From positions 372,482 to 436,481 of the forward strand of contig CAVSHT010000009.1 in assembly GCA_963727895.1 (NCBI GenBank): DNA of 64,000 nt. The letters run 5' to 3'. The DNA comes from an uncultured Methanosarcinaceae archaeon (GTDB lineage Archaea; Halobacteriota; Methanosarcinia; Methanosarcinales; Methanosarcinaceae). Each line of letters opens with the position of its first letter. Position 1 is the first letter of the stretch. The notes under the pieces are model-generated. The model saw nothing but the letters and a program-made list of their open reading frames with translations. It did no database searches and was not told the DNA's origin. Shown piece by piece: positions 55,959 to 64,000 of the stretch. The position numbers and the translations under genes were made by a program.

Positions 55959-57224
55959 ATGAAAAATAAAATAAAAAAACAGATTAGGGAACGTATGAAA
56001 ATAATAGCACCATATACTAAGTGGATACGAACTTATGGAGTAGAAAATGGTCTGGAATATGCTGGCCCAGTAGCTCATGAGATGGGGATCAAGACTGCAA
56101 TTAGTGCATGGCTTAGTGGAGATACTGAAGCAAATGAGAGACAGATAAAAGAGTTGATCAATGAAGCAAAAGCTGGTGATGTTGATCTAGCCATAGTGGG
56201 TATTGAAACACTTCAAAGAAATGATCTTTCAGAAGATCAGCTTATTGATTATATCAAGCGCGTTAAACAGGCAGTGCCTTCTGGCACCAATGTTACAACA
56301 GCAAATACGTACAGCGAGCTTCTGAATCACCCCAAGATAATGGATGAGTGCGATGTCATCATGTATAACAGTTACCCCTACTGGGAGGGCGTTGGCATTG
56401 ATAACGCAGTGAAAATTCAGGATAGTCGCTATAAGAACTTAGTTAAGAATGTAAAGAATAAACCAATTATAGTCTCTGAAACTGGATGGCCCAGTGCAGG
56501 AAACACGATTGGAGATGCTGTGCCATCACCTGAAAATTCTGCCAAGTATTGTTACGATTTTGGTTCATGGGCGCGTAAGAATAACATTCAATACTTTTAC
56601 TTTGAAGCATTTGATGAAACATGGAAAAATGTAAATGAAGGCCCACAGGGTGCTCACTGGGGAGTGTGGGACAAAGATGGCAGTATGAAACATGGAATGG
56701 AAAAGATCTTTACAAAAATCCCTAAGGCAAATTTTGCTGGATCTCCGACCTCAGGAAAAGCTCCGTTGAAAGTTCAGTTTACTGACAAAAGCACTAACAA
56801 TCCAACTTCATGGAAATGGAGTTTTGGAGATGGAAAATATTCAGCAACCAAAAACCCTTCACATACATACAGTAAAGCAGGAAAATACACTGTTAGCTTA
56901 ACAGTAAATAATGCAGCTGGAAGTAATACGTTAAAAAAATCAAGCTATATAAATGTCGCAGCACCCCTAAAGGCTCCAATTGCTGCGTTTTCTGCCTCAC
57001 CAAGATCAGGAAAAGCCCCACTAAAAGTGAAGTTTACTGATAAAAGCAGCAATATTCCAACGTCATGGAAATGGAGTTTTGGAGATGGAATTTATTCAAC
57101 ACTCAAGAATCCTGCACACACGTACAGTAAAGCAGGAAAATATACTGTCAGCTTAACAGTAAAAAATGCAGTTGGGAGTAATACTAAAAGCGTATCTGGA
57201 TATATCATAGTATCCAAAAAATAA
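55959..57224 (+). CDS. Glycoside hydrolase family 17-like domain plus two PKD domains; N-terminus appears truncated (no signal peptide)
   Basis: WIRTYG, AIVGIETL, YPYWEG, VSETGWPSAG, YFEAFDETWK and EGPQGAHWG motifs; C-terminal PKD repeats. Confidence 0.8.
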   Translation: MKNKIKKQIRERMKIIAPYTKWIRTYGVENGLEYAGPVAHEMGIKTAISAWLSGDTEANERQIKELINEAKAGDVDLAIVGIETLQRNDLSEDQLIDYIKRVKQAVPSGTNVTTANTYSELLNHPKIMDECDVIMYNSYPYWEGVGIDNAVKIQDSRYKNLVKNVKNKPIIVSETGWPSAGNTIGDAVPSPENSAKYCYDFGSWARKNNIQYFYFEAFDETWKNVNEGPQGAHWGVWDKDGSMKHGMEKIFTKIPKANFAGSPTSGKAPLKVQFTDKSTNNPTSWKWSFGDGKYSATKNPSHTYSKAGKYTVSLTVNNAAGSNTLKKSSYINVAAPLKAPIAAFSASPRSGKAPLKVKFTDKSSNIPTSWKWSFGDGIYSTLKNPAHTYSKAGKYTVSLTVKNAVGSNTKSVSGYIIVSKK

Positions 57225-57452
57225 ACTATTAAAATGGAAAAACAATGAAAAAATAAAGACAAAAGGATATGAGAAAAAAGATCAAAGCTAAAGAGTCTGG
57301 GACCATCGGATCAAATCATGAAAAATGGATATGTTCTTTAGATTTATGAGATTTAGAACATCCATATTGCTTAGATTGTCATTAACTGATCCCATACCTA
57401 CACTATCTACTTCGAGTTTTACCGCCATTTTCTTCAGCTTTTTTCATTACTC

Positions 57453-58565
57453 TCATTGTCTCTTATTTTTTCCGGTTAAGAAATAAGCTGCTCCTATAGA
57501 CAATCCGATAATTCCAGACCCCGGACCAGGAGATTTTTTTTCTCCAGAAGTATTTCCTTCATTAGTGGTATTGTTGGTAGCATTTTTAGCGGTAGATTCA
57601 TTTGCCTCTTTGGTTTTGTTTATATTGATTTCGTTTGATTCTCTAGTGGCTATACCCTGTTCATAAGCAGTGGTATTAAGCTCACTCTCAAGAGTTTTAA
57701 CAGCATTGGGAACTTTAGGGAAAAGTGGATACTTGTCGACTCCTCCGCCTGTGAGGTTGTATGGCACATCGCAAATCCCGTTACTATTATTATCTAGGCT
57801 GGTTTGACTGTAGCCTTTAACTTCCGGATCAGCCCAATAATTTCCTCCAATGTAAGGACCCTTGACGAGATTCTGTTTTGTTATGAGAGGACTCTGCCAG
57901 ATGTTTTCCTCATTTACGGATTTTTCTTCCACATTTGCAGTATTGTTAAGGTAATTGTTATAGATAAGATTCTTAACGCTTGTTTGAAGGGAGATTCCTG
58001 GACCGTAATTATAGGCAATTATATTATTCAGAATCTCGTTTGAGTTTGAGCTTTCGAGCCTTATTCCTTTTTCATTAAGTGTAATGAGATTGTTGCGTAT
58101 GGTATTATTATTGGAATCATTGAGGTAGATACCGTATTCAGATCCCTGAACGTTGTTGTTGTTAATATAGCAGCTTTTAGCCTCATCAAGTAAGATTCCT
58201 GCTTTTTTCGAACCTTCGATACCAAAACCACTGAATAAAGCACCTTCTTTGCTGATTTCAACAGTACTCTGTGTGGGATCAGCCGCCCTAATGACGGTCT
58301 TATCTGGATTGTTTCCTTCCGACCAGATTCGAACCTCTTTATTGATTTTAATATTTTCGGCATATACACCAGGACTTACAAAAATCGCGTCTCCAGCATC
58401 TGCTGCGTCGATTGCAGCCTGTATAGAAGAATAATCGCTGTCTGTTGTCGAATTTACTCTTAAATTAGAAGCCGAAGCAGTTGAACAGATACAGAAAACA
58501 GCCAGAATAACCGCAACTGCTGTCAGCTTAAAAGTTCTCAAGCTCTGTCTATTTATTTTTTTCAT
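57453..58565 (-). CDS. NosD-like parallel beta-helix cell-surface protein with C-terminal membrane anchor
   Basis: Signal peptide, SIQAAIDAA...PGVYAENI, repeated GIYL..SNNN.I..N units, GGNYW, an N/T-rich linker and a KSPG-hydrophobic-basic tail. Confidence 0.85.
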   Translation of the reverse strand: MKKINRQSLRTFKLTAVAVILAVFCICSTASASNLRVNSTTDSDYSSIQAAIDAADAGDAIFVSPGVYAENIKINKEVRIWSEGNNPDKTVIRAADPTQSTVEISKEGALFSGFGIEGSKKAGILLDEAKSCYINNNNVQGSEYGIYLNDSNNNTIRNNLITLNEKGIRLESSNSNEILNNIIAYNYGPGISLQTSVKNLIYNNYLNNTANVEEKSVNEENIWQSPLITKQNLVKGPYIGGNYWADPEVKGYSQTSLDNNSNGICDVPYNLTGGGVDKYPLFPKVPNAVKTLESELNTTAYEQGIATRESNEININKTKEANESTAKNATNNTTNEGNTSGEKKSPGPGSGIIGLSIGAAYFLTGKNKRQ

Positions 58566-58881
58566 ATTAGGTCTCCCTTCATCGTTTAAAGCTTCCTTTT
58601 TCCTTTAATCAGGCACTAGCTTTTTAGAAAAGAGAAGGTTTCCTTCCTTAGACATTTAACTAGCCTTTATTAAAAAACTCTATTAATACTTTGTTAAGTA
58701 AGAAAATTTATTCCTAGATATACCTTTGGAAACTAAAAATTCCAAACAGCTATCCTTAAATAATAGTTTATTATCCTCTACAATAGAAAAAATTAATTTC
58801 AATTAAGAGTCTTACATACTGTAAATCGAAGATAATTCTAAAATTTATTGTGTTGTTATTGTCTCTAATGGAGGCTTAAAA

Positions 58882-60253
58882 ATGGATGAAAAGCTTGCGC
58901 CTCACCTTGAAGAGTTAACCAGGGCGCTTGGAGACCTTGAAAATACTGGCATTCGGGCAGAGTTTGAGAAACTTATTGCTTTTCGCGTACCACTCGATGT
59001 TGCAAAAGAGAGTATCCTCCGCAAGTTCGGAGGAAAAAAGAAAGTTCTGAAAGTAAAAGATCTGTTCTGCGAACCTTAAGAGTTTCGAACTTACAGGCAG
59101 GATTCTGGATCTTGGGGAGAAATCAATCCGCCCGCGGGAAGGAGCTCAGGAAAAGCCTTCTAGGCTTTATACCGGAGTTCTTGCGGACGAAACCGGATCA
59201 GTTCTGTTTTCGTCCTGGAAAGAGTTTCCATGTTCGATCGGTGATGTGATCAACGTCAAAAACGCTTATACCCGTATCTGGCAGAATCGAATCAGGCTTT
59301 CTATGGGGGAACAGTCTTTTGTGTCAAAAATCTCTGACTCCACGCTTCCGTCTTTATCCGAACTTTCAGGAAGCAAGAAAAAAAAGTTAATAGACATAGG
59401 ATCTGTAGATTTTTCCGTGGATACCATAGCCTGCGTGCTCAAGCTTTCTCACAGGGAAGTTCTTGTAAAGGGTCGCCAATCTGTGGTGATCTCAGGCGTG
59501 CTTGCAGATGAAACTGGCAGGCTGCCTTTTACAGCATGGATTGAACTTGCTGGCATCGATATTGGAAGCATCCTCCAAATAGAAGGAACTCAGATTCGAA
59601 TATTCAGAGGAATGCCATCGATAAATATTCTGAGCAGTACAAAAATTTCCCCTATCGGGTCAGAAGAAACCGAAAAACTCGAATTTACTTTTGAATCAAT
59701 AGTAAAAGAGCCTGCCCCTATCAAAATTGAAGAGATAGATTCAAGAGACAGCATGTTTGACGTGGTTACGGCAGGCAATGTGATTTCAGTCAGGCCTGGT
59801 TCAGGCATAATTTCTCGCTGCCCTGAATGCAGCCGTGTAATCCAGAAAGGACACTGCAGGGTTCACGGCAAAGTAGAAGGCATACGAGATATGCGGATCA
59901 AAGCTATACTGGATGACGGAACAGGCTCCATGTCGGTTATGTTTCCAAGAGAGCTTGCGGAAATTGTCTATGGAAAGACTCTTGAAGAAGCCGAACAGTT
60001 GATGTTCTCTGACGTCTCTAAAGATGCAGTTTATGAAGATTTAAGACGTTATCTTACAGGTCGCTATCTTGCAGTACGCGGAAATTCCTCAAAAAACGAA
60101 TTTGGTATTTCTTTTGTAGCCGAGAATTCCTGGGTACCTGAAGACGATCTTGAAGTTAGGGTAGTGGAGTTACTTCGCAGACTCGGACCAGATGAGGAAA
60201 GCAGGCAGGATAGAAATTTGCAGGTTTTCGATGGAGGAATCGATCTTGCTTAA
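58882..60253 (+). pseudogene. Replication protein A-like OB-fold/zinc-finger protein with an apparent +1 frameshift at ~59065
   Basis: Removing one T at 59065/59066 joins MDEKLAPHLEEL...KVKDL to SANLKSFELTGRILDLGE...GVLADETG and to ORF 59246..60253 (RCPECSR...CRVHG, ILDDGTG). Confidence 0.8.
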
Positions 60254-61115
60254 ACGAGAGGTTGCAAAAAGAGTTTTTGCAAGAGAATTTGAAGCCTGCA
60301 GAGAACTTGAAAAAAACGCACTTTCGGACTCGGAAGCTGAAGATTCAAAAACTCCAAATTTGCTTATTAGCTCTCTTGGACTTATTCTCAATCGTGTTTT
60401 TGTGGTTGGAGTTGTTACAGAACTTGACAACATTGGAACACAGAGTGATATGTGGAAGGCGAGAATAGTCGATCCAACTGGAGCTTTTACAGTATACGCA
60501 GGTCAGTATCAGACTGAAGCTTCAATATTCTTTTCAACGGTACAGGTTCCTTCTTTTATTGCACTTACCGGAAAAGCCAGAATCTATGAACCTGAACCTG
60601 AATCTGTTTTTGTATCTGTTCGAGCTGAAGAAGTAAATGTAGTGGATGAAGAAATTCGCAACAGGTGGTTTGTGGATACCGCAGAACAAACCGTTGAGAG
60701 ACTTGAAATTTTCTCTGAAGCTCTGACCAGCGGATATTGCGGAGAGAAACTTCGAGAATACCTTATGGGAAAAAGTGTTTCTTCTGAACTCGCAGAGGGA
60801 ATATCCATTTCACTTGAACGAGAACAGTATCCAGAGGAATTTATAAAAATACTTAGGACTTCTATCAGGGAAAGTCTTAAAACGCTGGATTTATATTCAG
60901 AAAGTGACGCAGGAGTCAAGATAGATCAGAAGGAATTTGTGTTAGAATTACTCAGAGAAATAGGGGGAAATAAAGGAGTAGATTACGCAGTTTTTGTGGA
61001 TGCTGCAACCTCTAAGGGAATTTCTGAGAATGTTGTAGAGGAAACTGTCCGTTCTCTACTTTCAGGCGGCCAGTGTTATGAACCAAAAATAGGTATAATA
61101 AAACTTGTAGGGTAA
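60246..61115 (+). CDS. RPA-associated OB-fold protein
   Basis: REVAKRVFAREF, NRVFVVGVVTE and ARIVDPTGAF.VYAGQYQ motifs; TTG start after GGAGG, overlapping the RPA stop. Confidence 0.82.
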   Translation: MLKREVAKRVFAREFEACRELEKNALSDSEAEDSKTPNLLISSLGLILNRVFVVGVVTELDNIGTQSDMWKARIVDPTGAFTVYAGQYQTEASIFFSTVQVPSFIALTGKARIYEPEPESVFVSVRAEEVNVVDEEIRNRWFVDTAEQTVERLEIFSEALTSGYCGEKLREYLMGKSVSSELAEGISISLEREQYPEEFIKILRTSIRESLKTLDLYSESDAGVKIDQKEFVLELLREIGGNKGVDYAVFVDAATSKGISENVVEETVRSLLSGGQCYEPKIGIIKLVG

Positions 61116-61264
61116 TCGTGTAGGAAAAAACCTATGAGAAAGAACAAAGCAAGAAAAATATACTTAAGAATACGTGTGATAACGCTTAAGTGTAATTAGG
61201 TTAATTGGTATCTCTGTTAAAATTTAATGTTTCATGCTTATCGTATTGATCTGGAGAAATTGAC

Positions 61265-62836
61265 ATGAAAGTATTAGTCAGTGATTCACTCTCCAACGAA
61301 GGATTGGAGATTTTAAAAGAACACTTTACTGTTGACGTTTCCACCGGGCTTTCCGAAGAAGAGCTGGTGAAAAAAATCAAAGATTATGATGCTCTTGTAA
61401 TAAGAAGCGGTACCCAGGTAACCCAGAAAGTAATAGAGGCTGCCGACAACCTTAAAATTATAGGGAGAGCTGGGGTTGGAATTGACAATGTAGATGTGGA
61501 TGCAGCTACAAAGAAAGGTATTATTGTGGCTAACTCTCCTGAAGGAAATATGATTTCGGCAGCAGAGCACACTATTGCCATGATGATGTCAATGTCCAGG
61601 AATATTCCTCAGGCAAATGCTTCTCTGAAAGCCAGAGAATGGAAACGCAGTAAATTTACGGGTGTTGAGGTAAAAGGCAAGACCCTGGGAATCATAGGTC
61701 TCGGGAGAATCGGCTCAGAAGTTGCAAAAAGGGCTTCAGGGCTCGAGATGAACCTTATGGGATATGATCCCTTTGTTTCCCAAAAACGGGCTATCGAGCT
61801 TGGAATAAAGCTGGGAACAGTTAATGAAATAGCAAAGGCAGCCGATTATATTACAGTGCACACGCCTCTCATTAAAGAAACAAGAAATATCCTTGATGAA
61901 GAGCAGTTTGCCCTGATGAAGCCAGGTGTCAGAATTCTTAACTGTGCCCGTGGTGGTATCATCAATGAAGAAGCTCTGGCAAAAGCTATTGAAAGCGGAA
62001 AAGTTGGCGGCGCAGCAATAGATGTTTTTGTAGAAGAGCCTCCTTTTAACAGTCCTCTTTTGAATTTTGACAATGTTATTGTGACTCCTCATCTTGGAGC
62101 CTCCACACAGGAAGCCCAGATCAATGTAGCTGTAGACATTGCAAAGGAAGTTGCATCCGTTCTTACAGGTGGGCAGGCAAAGAGTGCCATTAATATTCCT
62201 TCAGTAAAGCCGGAAGCTATGGCAGTCCTTGCTCCTTATATCAGACTCTCTGAGATAATGGGCAAAATTGCAGGACAGCTCGTTGATGGAAACTACGAAA
62301 AAGTAGAAATAAGGTACAACGGAGAAATTTCCGGAAAAGATACCAGACCTCTTACAGTCTCAGCTCTAAAAGGACTGCTTGAAATGGCACTCGGTTCTGG
62401 AGTGAACTATGTTAATGCTCCAATCCTTGCAAAGTCAAGACAGATTGCAGTTGTGGAAAGTAAATCCGAATCTTCGGAGGAATACTCTTCAACTATCAGT
62501 ATAAAACTTAGCAGTAATGGACAGACAAAACTGGTTTCAGGTACTGTTGTTGGAGACGAGCCAAAGATTGTTGCAGTTGATGAGGACAGAGTAGATATCT
62601 TCCCTGCAGGCCGTATGATTTTTGCCAAACACATTAATAGGCCTAATGTTATCGGACCATGCTGCCTAGTTCTCGGTCAAAACGATATCAATATATCAGG
62701 GATGCAGGTTGGTAGGGGAGAAATTGGAGGAGTAACCCTTATGGTTCTTAACGTAGACACCGAGGTTCCTAACCCAATCCTTGAAAAAGTTAGGAAAGTT
62801 GATGGAATACTCGATGCCAAACTTGTAACACTCTAA
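61265..62836 (+). CDS. serA: D-3-phosphoglycerate dehydrogenase
   Basis: GRAGVGIDNVD, GLGRIG, NCARGG and TPHLGAST motifs; C-terminal ACT domain. Confidence 0.96.
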   Translation: MKVLVSDSLSNEGLEILKEHFTVDVSTGLSEEELVKKIKDYDALVIRSGTQVTQKVIEAADNLKIIGRAGVGIDNVDVDAATKKGIIVANSPEGNMISAAEHTIAMMMSMSRNIPQANASLKAREWKRSKFTGVEVKGKTLGIIGLGRIGSEVAKRASGLEMNLMGYDPFVSQKRAIELGIKLGTVNEIAKAADYITVHTPLIKETRNILDEEQFALMKPGVRILNCARGGIINEEALAKAIESGKVGGAAIDVFVEEPPFNSPLLNFDNVIVTPHLGASTQEAQINVAVDIAKEVASVLTGGQAKSAINIPSVKPEAMAVLAPYIRLSEIMGKIAGQLVDGNYEKVEIRYNGEISGKDTRPLTVSALKGLLEMALGSGVNYVNAPILAKSRQIAVVESKSESSEEYSSTISIKLSSNGQTKLVSGTVVGDEPKIVAVDEDRVDIFPAGRMIFAKHINRPNVIGPCCLVLGQNDINISGMQVGRGEIGGVTLMVLNVDTEVPNPILEKVRKVDGILDAKLVTL

Positions 62837-62871
62837 GCATTCCATTTTCAGGAAGACTTTATTTTGGTAAA

Positions 62872-62896
62872 AGTTCAGGAGGATAAATCCTGAACT
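62872..62896 (+). terminator. Hairpin after serA
   Basis: AGTTCAGGA-GGATAAA-TCCTGAACT (9-bp stem) followed by T-rich sequence. Confidence 0.5.
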
Positions 62897-62989
62897 AGAA
62901 CCTTTATATTTTGTGAGTCTGCTTATTGAATGTATATTTTTTAGATTTCAGATATTAGATTAGATTTTAGATTATTCAAATTTTGTAGT

Positions 62990-63077
62990 CATAAAATAGT
63001 ATAATATATACTATTCCTTCAAGTGTCGTAGGCATAAAATAGTATAATATATACTATTCCTTCAAGTGTCGTAGGCA
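62990..63077. repeat. Perfect 2 x 43-bp tandem duplication containing a 21-bp palindrome
   Basis: CATAAAATAGTATAATATATACTATTCCTTCAAGTGTCGTAGG at 62990 and 63033; internal AATAGTATA-ATA-TATACTATT. Confidence 0.93.
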
Positions 63078-63130
63078 CAAAAGGATATTATAACTCTTCT
63101 TTCAAGCACCAATTTTTAAGGAGGCAATTA

Positions 63131-63640
63131 ATGGAAGAACTTAAATACATCGTCTCCGTTCCGTTTAAAAGAACTCTTGCATCTTCTCTCTCGGAAAAGG
63201 ATTTTGAGTATTCCCTGGCTTTCGACCTGAAATGGTTTCCTCCAAAAACTGCCTCAAAAGTAAAGGAGAAAGCTCTTGAAGCAGGCTATTTGATACTTAA
63301 ATCCGATACTCTTGTGCCTGGATTTGATGTGGAAAGTGTCCGGCTTCCGCATGCTTTCAAACCATCGGAGAATTTTCTCGAAAATCAAAAATATTCCGGA
63401 GAAAAAACAACGGTAAAAGAAGAAATTTCCTTTGAGAAAGTACTTGAATTTATTTCTGCAGACATTGGAGTAAACCGACAGAAACTTGTTTCTGAAATTA
63501 ACTCTATGCAGGATAGATTATCTTATCTTGTAGATATTAGAATTGTGGCGCTTATAGTCGCAAAAAAATGGGGATGTAATATAGAAGTACCGTTGGAGAA
63601 GGTTTCCAGGTCTGTACTCGGCTATTCATTTACTACATAA
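63131..63640 (+). CDS. DUF2240-family archaeal protein
   Basis: VSVPFKR, FEYSLAFDLKWFPP and C-terminal VALIVAKK pattern; GGAGG RBS. Confidence 0.75.
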   Translation: MEELKYIVSVPFKRTLASSLSEKDFEYSLAFDLKWFPPKTASKVKEKALEAGYLILKSDTLVPGFDVESVRLPHAFKPSENFLENQKYSGEKTTVKEEISFEKVLEFISADIGVNRQKLVSEINSMQDRLSYLVDIRIVALIVAKKWGCNIEVPLEKVSRSVLGYSFTT

Positions 63641-63816
63641 TCTTTATGTACTAGAAATGTTATTCACATCATACCAATTCTAATTAATCGCTTGTTCTTT
63701 AATTTGTTTTTTTCGGAGTCAAGTTCCGAAGAGGCAACTGTAGCGATGTTCGAACGCGATAGGGAATTTTTTTCCGCGTGAGTAAGATATGTACAAATCT
63801 TGCGGAGGAACATACA

Positions 63817-64000
63817 TTGGGTAAAAAATCACTAGTAAAACTGACAAGAAAAACAAATCCAAGAATCGTTTCCCTGATTCTTACCCTGAAAGAAAGGGCA
63901 AATGCAAACATTGCCCCCATCTGGAAGGATATCGCGGGGCGTCTTGAGATGCCGTCCAGAAACTATGCAACTGTGAATATAAGTAAGATCAACAGACACA
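63817..64000 (+). CDS. rpl18e: 50S ribosomal protein L18e (5' part, runs off the window)
   Basis: TTG start after GGAGG; translation [61 protein letters not shown]. Not in the ORF track. Confidence 0.92.
   Translation, partial: MGKKSLVKLTRKTNPRIVSLILTLKERANANIAPIWKDIAGRLEMPSRNYATVNISKINRH

Noticed and set aside
63740..63780. GTTCGAA motif suggesting a tRNA upstream of rpl18e
   Set aside because: No T-stem, acceptor stem or cloverleaf can be built around it.
63699..63920. 73-aa minus-strand ORF
   Set aside because: Antisense shadow of rpl18e, which is the real gene on the plus strand.

Overview
Archaeal chromosome segment, almost certainly Methanosarcina or a close relative, based on amber-containing methylamine methyltransferases, the Ahb haem pathway, PKD/beta-propeller surface proteins and ~735-bp IS1-family elements. 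Most of the window is core genome: tRNA-Val(CAC), prepilin peptidase, cbiE/cbiD, mutL/mutS, tRNA-Pro(GGG), archaetidylinositol-phosphate synthase, the methylamine locus (APC permease, mtbC, mttB with in-frame TAG at codon 334, mttC, mtbB with in-frame TAG at codon 356), class I lysyl-tRNA synthetase, U32 protein, hisF, pcm, ribK/rbkR-ribB, aroC, ahbD-ahbA-ahbB-sirC-hemA-hemB-hemL-hemC, pyrD-pyrK, gltX, RPA plus its partner, serA and the start of rpl18e. Accessory or unexplained material includes two IS1 copies (one intact with a TSD, one decayed without), two related ~130-bp MITEs, a perfect 3x81-bp tandem repeat and several broken surface-protein genes. It also includes a decaying DUF4062-NB-ARC-repeat (NLR/STAND-like) gene with a frameshift and an in-frame amber codon, an aegerolysin-like small protein, and tandem operators upstream of ribK. 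The least explained signal is an unannotated ~180-nt structured RNA candidate with repeated CCCCA loop motifs between cbiD and mutL, with a similarly built element after mtbB. All calls were made by eye from the sequence and ORF track; no searches were run.
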